Shown one piece after another: positions 46,700 through 54,935 of a stretch of DNA of 64,000 nt; position 1 is the first letter of the stretch; every line of letters starts with the position of its first letter. Under the pieces are notes generated by a model. That model was not told the DNA's origin. It did not search any database and saw nothing but the letters and a program-made list of their open reading frames with translations. Source of the stretch: an uncultured Chloroflexia bacterium. GTDB taxonomy: Bacteria; Chloroflexota; Limnocylindria; Limnocylindrales; CSP1-4. Made by a program: the position numbers and the translations under genes. Where the stretch lies: contig CAVVJT010000003.1 of assembly GCA_963748625.1 (NCBI GenBank), positions 224,001 to 288,000 on the forward strand, given 5' to 3'.

Positions 46700-49600
46700 T
46701 CACTTCACGACCACGAAGGCGTCGAGGTCGACCCGCGGACGGCCGCTGGTGCCGGAGACGACGAGCTTGATCGTGCGCTTGGCTGACGTGGACCAGGTCT
46801 TCTGCCAGGCGAGGGCCCGGTACTGGGTGGAGCTGCGGTAGGTGTCGACGGTGCCCTGGTACACGCCGTTGACGTAGACCTTGACCTTGCCGCGGGACGG
46901 GGACTTCGTGGTGACGAGCGCGATCGAGCGGCCGGTGAACGTGTAGGTCGCTGTCCGGCCCTTGGTCTTGGCGTACTTGACCGAGCCGCCGGAGTACGAG
47001 CTCGACTTGGTCGTCGTCCACGTGCCGCCGAACCTGACGCTCGTGCTCGACTGCTGCGTGAGTCGTGGTGAGAGGGTGGCGGTGTACGCCCAGCCGCCCC
47101 TGTTGTCGGCTTTGTCGACCGCCCGGACCCGGTAGCGGACCGTGCCCGAGGAGGCCGCGGTGACACTGGCGCTGGTCCCGGCGTACGTGCCGGCCGCCGT
47201 CCAGGTCCCGCCGCTCGTGCTCCGCTCGAGCTCGTAGGCGGCAACTCCGGAGACGGCGTCAGCCGCGGCCTTCCAGGCGAGCGTGAGCGGGACCGCGGTG
47301 CCCGAGAGCGCCGTGCCCGTGCGCGGCGTCGCGCCGAGCGACGCGGGGGTCGAGGGCGCGGTCCGGTCGATGGTGACGGCCGCACTGCCGACGTCGGCGG
47401 CGGGACCGGGATTGCCGGCACCGTCGCTGACGCTGCCCGCGGTGAGCGTGAGGACGACCGTGCCCTCGCCGCAGCCGGTGACCTCGACGGTGTACGAGCT
47501 GCCGGAGCCCGACGGCGTGCCGACGGCGCAGCCGGCGGCGGTGCCGGCCAGGGTGAGGTCGGATGCCGCAAGGCCGGTGACGGGCTCGCTGAAGGCCAGC
47601 GTGTAGGAGAGCGACGCGGCGCTGGTCGGGGTGGCCGGCGGGGTGAGCGTGGCGGAAGGCGAGCCGCCATCCCGGAGGATCGTGTCATCGGCGGTGCCGG
47701 GAGCGGTCTCGGTGTTGCCCGCCAGGTCGGTGGCGCGGGTATAGACGTAGTACGTGCCGTCGACGGCCGGGATCGTGCACGTGATCGTGCCCGAGGTGGC
47801 GGTGCCGGCTGTTATGCCGCAGGCAACTGGCGATGCCAGGTCCGTGGACGTCGAGTAGTACGCGGTGACCAAGGCCAGGCCTGAGCCGGTGCCGTCGGAC
47901 GCGGTGTAGCCGACGGGCACACTTGTGCCAGCGGTCACGGTCGCAGCGATACTGCCCGCCGAGGTGGGCGCGGTCCGGTCGATGGTGACGGCCGCACTGC
48001 CGACGTCGGCGGCGGGACCGGGATTGCCGGCACCGTCGCTGACGCTGCCCGCGGTGAGCGTGAGGACGACCGTGCCCTCGCCGCAGCCGGTGACCTCGAC
48101 GGTGTACGAGCTGCCGGAGCCCGACGGCGTGCCGACGGCGCAGCCGGCGGCGGTGCCGGCCAGGGTGAGGTCGGATGCCGCAAGGCCGGTGACGGGCTCG
48201 CTGAAGGCCAGCGTGTAGGAGAGCGACGCGGCGCTGGTCGGGGTGGCCGGCGGGGTGAGCGTGGCGGAAGGCGAGCCGCCATCCCGGAGGATCGTGTCAT
48301 CGGCGGTGCCGGGAGCGGTCTCGGTGTTGCCCGCCAGGTCGGTGGCGCGGGTATAGACGTAGTACGTGCCGTCGACGGCCGGGATCGTGCACGTGATCGT
48401 GCCCGAGGTGGCGGTGCCGGCTGTTATGCCGCAGGCAACTGGCGATGCCAGGTCCGTGGACGTCGAGTAGTACGCGGTGACCAAGGCCAGGCCTGAGCCG
48501 GTGCCGTCGGACGCGGTGTAGCCGACGGGCACACTTGTGCCAGCGGTCACGGTCGCAGCGATACTGCCCGCCGAGGTGGGCGCGGTCCGGTCGATGGTGA
48601 CGGCCGCACTGCCGACGTCGGCGGCGGGACCGGGATTGCCGGCACCGTCGCTGACGCTGCCCGCGGTGAGCGTGAGGACGACCGTGCCCTCGCCGCAGCC
48701 GGTGACCTCGACGGTGTACGAGCTGCCGGAGCCCGACGGCGTGCCGACGGCGCAGCCGGCGGCGGTGCCGGCCAGGGTGAGGTCGGATGCCGCAAGGCCG
48801 GTGACGGGCTCGCTGAAGGCCAGCGTGTAGGAGAGCGACGCGGCGCTGGTCGGGGTGGCCGGCGGGGTGAGCGTGGCGGAAGGCGAGCCGCCATCGACCG
48901 ACAGCATGGCGCACGCTGTCCCATCGCTGGTCACGCCGGTCACCCCGGTGGCTCGCACACAGACCTGGTACGTCTCGGTCATATCACGGGCCATGATGAC
49001 CGTGCTCAGCGCCTCGCTCGGGCCGCCGTAGGTGCCTTCGATCGGTTCCCACCAGCGACCCGTGAAGACCTCTGCTGACGCCACCCCCATGGGATCATCC
49101 GCGGTCGCCGTAACGGTGACGGCGGCGCCGGGGCGGACGGTCGACGGCGACACCGACATATCCGAGACGATGGGTGGAGTGAAGTAGATCGTCACCGTGT
49201 CGGCCGTGACCGCCGACGACGGGCCAGCCTGTCCTGCCGAATCCAGCACGCTTCCGGCCGCGAGGCTGAGGACTACCGTTCCTTCGCGGCACCCGTACAC
49301 GATGATCTGGTAGGAGCTGCCCGACCCGGTGGGAGGGTTGAGGTCGCAGCCGGCCGCGGTGCCGGTCCTTGCGAAGTCGCCCTTGCTGACCCCGGTGACG
49401 GTCTCGCTGAAGGTCACCGTGAAGGTGAGGCTCGTGTCTTTGGTCAGGGTCGCTGGCGGCGTGATCGTCGCCGTCGGCGGGAGATCGAGCGGCGGGAGTG
49501 CCTGCCAGTCGGGCGTGAGGTTGCGACCGTTGCTCTCGATGACCAGGTGCGGGGAGCTCCCGTCGGCGTTCATCACCCAGATGGCATCGGTGCCACCACG

Positions 49601-50389
49601 GTCGGAGTGGAAGGCAATGAACGCGCGGTCAGGGGAGAGGGCCGGATCGGAGTCCTCGGCGGGGTCATCGGTCAGGCGTCCGTGTGCGTCCCAGATCTCC
49701 AGGCTGCCATTCCAACGGCCGTGGTAGAGCTCGCCGTCAACGCCTCCGAGGTCCGTGCCCGCCGACGTGTCCGCTCCGCCGATGCACTCCGTCGAGACCG
49801 GCACACAGAAGATGCCCCAGAGCGACCCGGACGTCGCCCGGAGCTCCGTTCCGCTGGCCCAGTCCACGCTCGAGAAGGCGGGATCGTTCGCGACCAGCGT
49901 CCACTCGAATGGGCTGGCCACGGGGACGAACTCCACATAGCCCTGCTCGCCGAGGATGCCCTCTGACGCCCACCCCGCACGGATGTAGGCGATGCGCGTG
50001 CCGTCAGGACTCCAGGCCGGGCGCCGGTCGTCGGCCTGAGCCGTCAGCCGGGTGAGGTTCGACCCGTCCACGTCGACGACGTAGATGCCGCCGGCGGCGA
50101 CGTCGCGAGACGCAAATGCGATCCGACGCCCGTTCGGGCTCCAGTCAGGATCTGCCGCCTCAAGACCAGCGGTCGGGACCTTCACCACGTCGGTGCCGTC
50201 TGGGTTGGCCGTGTAGATCGCCATCCCGCCGTCGCGGTCACTGGCGAACGCGAGCCTCCCATTCGTGCCGGGAAACGACCCGTAGGCGGTCAATGGCCCG
50301 GAGGTAATGCCCGCGCTCATGAGGGCAACCGCGCCGAGTGCCGCCAGCACGGCGACGCGACGCACGCTGAACGGTGGTCGATGTGGCAA
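46700..50389 (-). CDS. Secreted surface protein: TolB/PD40 beta-propeller, Ig-like repeats, basic C-terminal domain
   Basis: FPGTNGRLAFASDRDG, PDWSPNGRRIAF and PAWSPDGTRIAY; repeated TLAFSEPVTGL Ig-like modules. Confidence 0.85.
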   Translation of the reverse strand: MPHRPPFSVRRVAVLAALGAVALMSAGITSGPLTAYGSFPGTNGRLAFASDRDGGMAIYTANPDGTDVVKVPTAGLEAADPDWSPNGRRIAFASRDVAAGGIYVVDVDGSNLTRLTAQADDRRPAWSPDGTRIAYIRAGWASEGILGEQGYVEFVPVASPFEWTLVANDPAFSSVDWASGTELRATSGSLWGIFCVPVSTECIGGADTSAGTDLGGVDGELYHGRWNGSLEIWDAHGRLTDDPAEDSDPALSPDRAFIAFHSDRGGTDAIWVMNADGSSPHLVIESNGRNLTPDWQALPPLDLPPTATITPPATLTKDTSLTFTVTFSETVTGVSKGDFARTGTAAGCDLNPPTGSGSSYQIIVYGCREGTVVLSLAAGSVLDSAGQAGPSSAVTADTVTIYFTPPIVSDMSVSPSTVRPGAAVTVTATADDPMGVASAEVFTGRWWEPIEGTYGGPSEALSTVIMARDMTETYQVCVRATGVTGVTSDGTACAMLSVDGGSPSATLTPPATPTSAASLSYTLAFSEPVTGLAASDLTLAGTAAGCAVGTPSGSGSSYTVEVTGCGEGTVVLTLTAGSVSDGAGNPGPAADVGSAAVTIDRTAPTSAGSIAATVTAGTSVPVGYTASDGTGSGLALVTAYYSTSTDLASPVACGITAGTATSGTITCTIPAVDGTYYVYTRATDLAGNTETAPGTADDTILRDGGSPSATLTPPATPTSAASLSYTLAFSEPVTGLAASDLTLAGTAAGCAVGTPSGSGSSYTVEVTGCGEGTVVLTLTAGSVSDGAGNPGPAADVGSAAVTIDRTAPTSAGSIAATVTAGTSVPVGYTASDGTGSGLALVTAYYSTSTDLASPVACGITAGTATSGTITCTIPAVDGTYYVYTRATDLAGNTETAPGTADDTILRDGGSPSATLTPPATPTSAASLSYTLAFSEPVTGLAASDLTLAGTAAGCAVGTPSGSGSSYTVEVTGCGEGTVVLTLTAGSVSDGAGNPGPAADVGSAAVTIDRTAPSTPASLGATPRTGTALSGTAVPLTLAWKAAADAVSGVAAYELERSTSGGTWTAAGTYAGTSASVTAASSGTVRYRVRAVDKADNRGGWAYTATLSPRLTQQSSTSVRFGGTWTTTKSSSYSGGSVKYAKTKGRTATYTFTGRSIALVTTKSPSRGKVKVYVNGVYQGTVDTYRSSTQYRALAWQKTWSTSAKRTIKLVVSGTSGRPRVDLDAFVVVK
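47354..48895. repeat. 612-bp tandem repeat, about 2.5 copies
   Basis: ggcgcggtccggtcgatggtgacgg at about 47355, 47967 and 48579. Confidence 0.9.
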
Positions 50390-50940
50390 AGGGGTCTGGG
50401 CTCCTATCGATGCTTGCGCGGCGGTGTCGTGGGCAATGAGCGAGCGAGGGGCGCAGGAGAGATCCTATGCGGATTAGCCGACCTGCGAGGTGTCGCCGGC
50501 GGCCGTCCGAGAAGAACCCGCCTGAACCACCGGACGCGTCCCGACCCGTGGACGGCGCGGCATGATCGGGTCCGGCAAGCCCGGCGACCCCCCGCGAAAG
50601 AACGGCATCCGGAGCGTCCGCGGTGGAGACAAGGTCCACCACCGCTGATCGTAGTATCCAGCGATCCGCCCGGCACACGGCGCGCCGCCATGATGCCGCA
50701 CCGCCGCAGAGAGTGTGCCCCCGAGGTTTCGGATTGACCGGCCCTCGGGGAGACCGCCAGGCGGGATCGAGATCGGCCCATCAAAGCGGCCTGACCCGCT
50801 CCCCCACAGATCGCCTGCTGCAAGACAGCAACAGGGTGCGGAGTGTTCTGCCACATCGGGCTGGTGAATTGCACGCACCGTGCAGTCAGACTGTGGGTAC
50901 GCCGAGCTCGATGCCAAGCCGGCGCCACAGGAGATCTGCC

Positions 50941-51201
50941 ATGACCAAGCGAACGACTTCGCGCAACTGGACCGGCACCGTCACCGCCAGAGCTGAACCC
51001 GACCCGGCTACGGCCCCCAACGTCGCACCCTCCTGGAAGGCGCGCCAGGATCAGATGGTCCAGCGGATGGTGGCCTATCGCCTGAGCGATGCCTGGACCG
51101 AGAACGAACCGGCAGTCCGCGCGACTGGGTCACTCGACCCGGACGAGGAGCTGATGCTGGGCTCGGCTTTCCGTGCACACCAGAAGATCGTGGAGCGCTG
51201 A
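50941..51201 (+). CDS. Hypothetical protein (86 aa)
   Basis: AGGAG RBS before ATG at 50941; plausible codon usage. Confidence 0.5.
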   Translation: MTKRTTSRNWTGTVTARAEPDPATAPNVAPSWKARQDQMVQRMVAYRLSDAWTENEPAVRATGSLDPDEELMLGSAFRAHQKIVER

Positions 51202-51317
51202 CAGAAAGCGGGTCCTCGTCCTCTGGCTGCCCATCCTCGCCATCGTCGCCATCGTCTCGGTTGTCGCCCAACTGCTGGGCCGACCCGAAGTGAAGTCACG
51301 GAAGGAACTCCATCGTC

Positions 51318-51590
51318 ATGAGCCTGCTTGACAGCATCCTGGGCCGGCAGCCTACCGCGATCCCGCCCCAAGTTGACCCGGAGTACCGCGCGCATTGGGA
51401 CGCGCTCACACCCTGGGAACAGGGCGAGCTACTTCGACTGTCGGAGGCCTCCGCAAAGCGTTCCCTCCAGATCAACCCGAGCCGCAACTTCATCGCCGAG
51501 CGGGACGCGTACATCAACCTCGAGCTCTCCGGAACGCTCGCGAGAGTCGCGGCTGTCGTCGAGGAGAACCTATGGGGCCCGTCTTCTTGA
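51318..51590 (+). CDS. Hypothetical protein (90 aa)
   Basis: GAAGGA RBS; globular composition. Confidence 0.6.
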   Translation: MSLLDSILGRQPTAIPPQVDPEYRAHWDALTPWEQGELLRLSEASAKRSLQINPSRNFIAERDAYINLELSGTLARVAAVVEENLWGPSS

Positions 51591-51695
51591 CGCTCCTCGA
51601 CACCCGGCATTGGGTGTCGACTCCGACACCGCTGTCGGCTGCCTGCACGCGTATCTGACTGCATCATCCAGACCCAACACAGCCAACCCCGGAGT

Positions 51696-52784
51696 GTGCT
51701 CGTGACACTCGACAACGTTGCCTCGCGGACCGTCGCGGCTATCCGCGCAAGGCTGATGGTTGACCCCGAGTGGTCGATCGACCTGCCCGACGGGTTCGCC
51801 TGGTGGGGCCACGACGTACGTCAGGAGATCACGGCGCGCCTCGAGGCTGGCGGCACTGGCGATGCCCGCGCCCGGGTGCTCATCAGGACCGAGCTGGTGC
51901 GGGGCGTCACCGCGAGCGGTGCGCACCTTGCCCATCTCGTGACCGCCATGAACGGCAGGCCGCTCGGCGGCGCCGCTCGTGTGCTTGGCGACGGACGGCT
52001 TGTCATCGAGGCGACCTTTCCTGGAGCCGACGAGACCATCGGCCGGATCGTCCATGCCGCAGCGACCGCGGCAACGATGGCCCTCACCGTGGGCCACGAC
52101 GTGGTCGAGGGCCGGCTGGCCGAGCTGGGCGGATCGATTGCCACGAGCGAGCACCCCACCAGCGGACGCCGATGGAATCCCGACCAGATGCTCGAACTGC
52201 CGCTCCAGTTCCCGCTCATCGCGATGCAACTCGAGGCGCAGGGTGGGGCGAACCCATGGTCGACGGCCGACGAGTGGGAGTACACGGCACGAACGGTCAC
52301 GAACCTGCGCGCCGGCGTATCGACGCCCGGCCCAACGTCGCTGACCGCGCAGTTCCCGCTCCGGGATCGCGCCGGTGGAGCAGACCCCATTGCGATGCTA
52401 CGAAACGAGTTTCCCACGGCGCTGCTTCGTGGTGACTGGCTGGCGGACACCACCGTCGGGGGTGGACCGACGCTCGGGCCTGGCATCGTCCTTCGGCTCT
52501 TCCTCCCAGCCATGTCGTATCCCGGGTTCGGCACGCTCGAGGAGGTGGCCGTCGCCCTGAACGCCGCCGAGATCGAGCGAGGCGGCGCCACCGGCGAGGT
52601 ATGGCCGGCGCATTTCGGCGCCTGGACACTCCAACCAAGCATCAACAGCCAATTGCTCGTCGCCTACGTGCTCTGGGCGCCCGCGATGCTGGCGAGCCGC
52701 ATCTCACTCACCGACCTCGTGCTCCAGCAGGCGTACCGAACGCGCAACGCCATCAACTGGCTCACCTCCGATCTCGGGCACTGA
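51696..52784 (+). CDS. Hypothetical protein, possibly tandem T3SS-chaperone/YbjN-like folds
   Basis: 362-aa ORF; two halves each have a 'helix ending in N followed by strands' pattern (VTAMNG; AVALNA...FGAW). Confidence 0.6.
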   Translation: MLVTLDNVASRTVAAIRARLMVDPEWSIDLPDGFAWWGHDVRQEITARLEAGGTGDARARVLIRTELVRGVTASGAHLAHLVTAMNGRPLGGAARVLGDGRLVIEATFPGADETIGRIVHAAATAATMALTVGHDVVEGRLAELGGSIATSEHPTSGRRWNPDQMLELPLQFPLIAMQLEAQGGANPWSTADEWEYTARTVTNLRAGVSTPGPTSLTAQFPLRDRAGGADPIAMLRNEFPTALLRGDWLADTTVGGGPTLGPGIVLRLFLPAMSYPGFGTLEEVAVALNAAEIERGGATGEVWPAHFGAWTLQPSINSQLLVAYVLWAPAMLASRISLTDLVLQQAYRTRNAINWLTSDLGH

Positions 52785-52954
52785 GACCGGTGACTGAGAA
52801 GGCCGCAACCTCGCCGAAGGTCCTACTCGCTTAGTCACGAATGGGGATCCCCAGGGATCTCCGCCGGGGGTTGACAATCGGGGAAGCGTCCACCAGCCAT
52901 CGCTGGAGTCACGGCTGCCGTCCCCAGCTGACTTCCGGTACGTGGGGTGTTGTC

Positions 52955-53521
52955 TTGACCAAGAGTTGGCATGAGTGGGAGCCAGACGGGCCGGATGAAA
53001 GGTCGGTCCTCCTTGAGATCGCCCGGCACATGCGGAGCGCCTGGGAAGTTCGCGAGAAGCCCAAGAGCACGGCCTTCAAGGCCGGCCACCAGTTGGCATA
53101 CAAGGGTTGGAAGTTCCCCAGCGCGCTCGTTGACATGGCCGATCGATCGGAGGTCACAGGCGTCAAGGCATTGCGCGCCCTCATCATCGCCGGCCGGTAC
53201 GACTGGTTCGAGCGCGCGGCCGCGCTTGCTCCCGGTTCGGTCATCACGCCCATGGGTGCTGGAAGTGACGTCGAGCGCACGTGGCTCGCCAACCTCTACG
53301 GCCCGGCCACGCAACTGAGCCGGATCAGCATCGACGAAGCTGAGATCTGGATGGTCCCCGAGCAGCGTGGCTGGCGGGTGGCGGCGATCTTCGTTCACGA
53401 CGCCTCAGCAAGTGGGCTCAAGCCCGTCCTACAACTCGCGACTGCGACATCTGGTGGATGTCTTGTGGCGAGCGCCCTCGTTGGGGCGGTGCTGGTCGCG
53501 GTGATCCACTCCGTGCGTTAG
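52955..53521 (+). CDS. Hypothetical protein with C-terminal TM anchor
   Basis: Globular ORF ending GCLVASALVGAVLVAVI; start uncertain (52841 or TTG at 52955). Confidence 0.55.
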   Translation: MTKSWHEWEPDGPDERSVLLEIARHMRSAWEVREKPKSTAFKAGHQLAYKGWKFPSALVDMADRSEVTGVKALRALIIAGRYDWFERAAALAPGSVITPMGAGSDVERTWLANLYGPATQLSRISIDEAEIWMVPEQRGWRVAAIFVHDASASGLKPVLQLATATSGGCLVASALVGAVLVAVIHSVR

Positions 53522-53557
53522 CCGGGCGACACGGCGTCCCACCAAGGAGAGTGTGAA

Positions 53558-53914
53558 TTGACGGGGAAGCTACCGACGACCTGCATGCACTGCGGCTACC
53601 CGCGCGAGCCGGGGTCGGGCCTACTCTGTGCGGCCTGCCGACAGCCCGTCTCCCCGGAGGCCGATGCTCTCCTTCGGAGCCCCGAGTTGCAGGAGGCGAC
53701 GCAGCGAGCGTTCACGCAGGCCATGTACGAGAGCCAGCGCTCGGGCGTCAACTGGGGCGGATTCTGGCTCGGACTCATCGTGGCGCTCGTCGCAGTAGGA
53801 ATTTCGCTCGGCAGCATGAACGGCGCGTCGCAGGGTGGCGGGGTATACGTCGTCTTCTGGGGGGCGGCCCTCTGGGGCGGCTGGAAGGCTCTCAAGAGCC
53901 TCGGGGGCGGGTGA
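53558..53914 (+). CDS. Zinc-ribbon + 2-TM membrane protein
   Basis: AAGGAG RBS; CMHC...CAAC followed by two hydrophobic helices (YVVFWGAALWG). Confidence 0.75.
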   Translation: MTGKLPTTCMHCGYPREPGSGLLCAACRQPVSPEADALLRSPELQEATQRAFTQAMYESQRSGVNWGGFWLGLIVALVAVGISLGSMNGASQGGGVYVVFWGAALWGGWKALKSLGGG

Positions 53915-54185
53915 TCACAGACAGTCGACAAGGCCACCGCGTCCCCTATTCCAGCAGAGCCAGCGCGCGAGGGTGACCCGGTGGTGAACGCCAGGGCTGG
54001 GCTGGTACCACGTGCCGGCGACTCCCGCGAGCATCACGACCGCCGAGCGGGACCAAAGGACCGTCAGTCAGCGCGAACGGGCCAAACGTCCCATTGGGAG
54101 CGGGGGGAATCATGCAACGCTGCGATCGATGCCCTGGCTCCGTGTTGACCGACGCCAAGGGCCAGCAGGGGGGATCACGCGTCCC

Positions 54186-54935
54186 ATGCGGTCAGACGCA
54201 TTCCATCTCGAAGACGAGCTCCTCGGTGATCGATACCGGGTTGTGGCAGATCTCGGGGCGGGCGCCTTTGGCCGCGTCGTGAGCGCCCGAGACACCTCCC
54301 TTGACCGCGACGTCGCGGTCAAGCTCGTAGCGTTGCCGTCAGGGCAGCGCCCTCCCGTTGCCGACGTTCTCCGGGAGGCACGAGTCGCGAGCGCTGCCGC
54401 CCCTGCTGCGGTCGTCGTCTATGACGTCCTCTCGTCACCCGACGGCATCGGGATCGTGATGGAGCTGGTGCCACGTGGCTCGCTGGTTCCGGCCGTTCGC
54501 GCTGGAACTCCCGCGCCACGCGCCTACGATCTCGGTCGAGCGACGCTCGAGGCGATGGCGCTTGTCCACGCGGCCGGTGTGATGCATCTGGATCTCCACC
54601 CGGGAAACCTGCTCGTCCGGGGCGACAGGTCCGTCGCCGTCGCGGACTTCGGTCTGGCGCGATTCCGGCGGTCAGGCGGGTTCTCTCGTGGGGGCCACGA
54701 ACTCGTCTGGACCGCCCCGGAACTCCTGGACTACGGGGTCGTGTCGCCGCAGGCGGATGTCTTCGCGCTTGGCCTGGTCCTGCGCTGGATCGAGCGTCGA
54801 TCCGGAGTCACCTTCGGCGATGTCGTGTCCCGGGCGTGTGCCGTGGATCGCCGTGAACGACCGCGCGATGCGGCGGACTTCCTCGCTGCTATCGCGGAAC
54901 GACCCGCAAGCGCCGCAGCTGGGGTGCGTTCTTGA
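54186..54935 (+). CDS. Hanks-type Ser/Thr protein kinase (catalytic domain only)
   Basis: LGAGAFGRV, VAVK, REAR, HLDLHPGN, DFG, APE and DVFALG motifs. Confidence 0.92.
   Translation: MRSDAFHLEDELLGDRYRVVADLGAGAFGRVVSARDTSLDRDVAVKLVALPSGQRPPVADVLREARVASAAAPAAVVVYDVLSSPDGIGIVMELVPRGSLVPAVRAGTPAPRAYDLGRATLEAMALVHAAGVMHLDLHPGNLLVRGDRSVAVADFGLARFRRSGGFSRGGHELVWTAPELLDYGVVSPQADVFALGLVLRWIERRSGVTFGDVVSRACAVDRRERPRDAADFLAAIAERPASAAAGVRS

Larger units (their letters stand above)
43589..47659. repeat. 971-bp direct repeat (43589-44559 = 46689-47659)
   Basis: 3' ends of two adjacent genes, including the stop codon and downstream purine tract, look identical at offset 3100. Confidence 0.9.

Noticed and set aside
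43589-48895. Diversity-generating retroelement TR/VR pair
   Set aside because: Repeats look identical with no adenine-specific mismatches, and no reverse transcriptase is in the window.
50400-50940. Structured ncRNA or operator in the divergent intergenic region (e.g. tgcacg-cac-cgtgca at about 50870-50884)
   Set aside because: Only a short inverted repeat, which could arise by chance; no recognisable RNA family.
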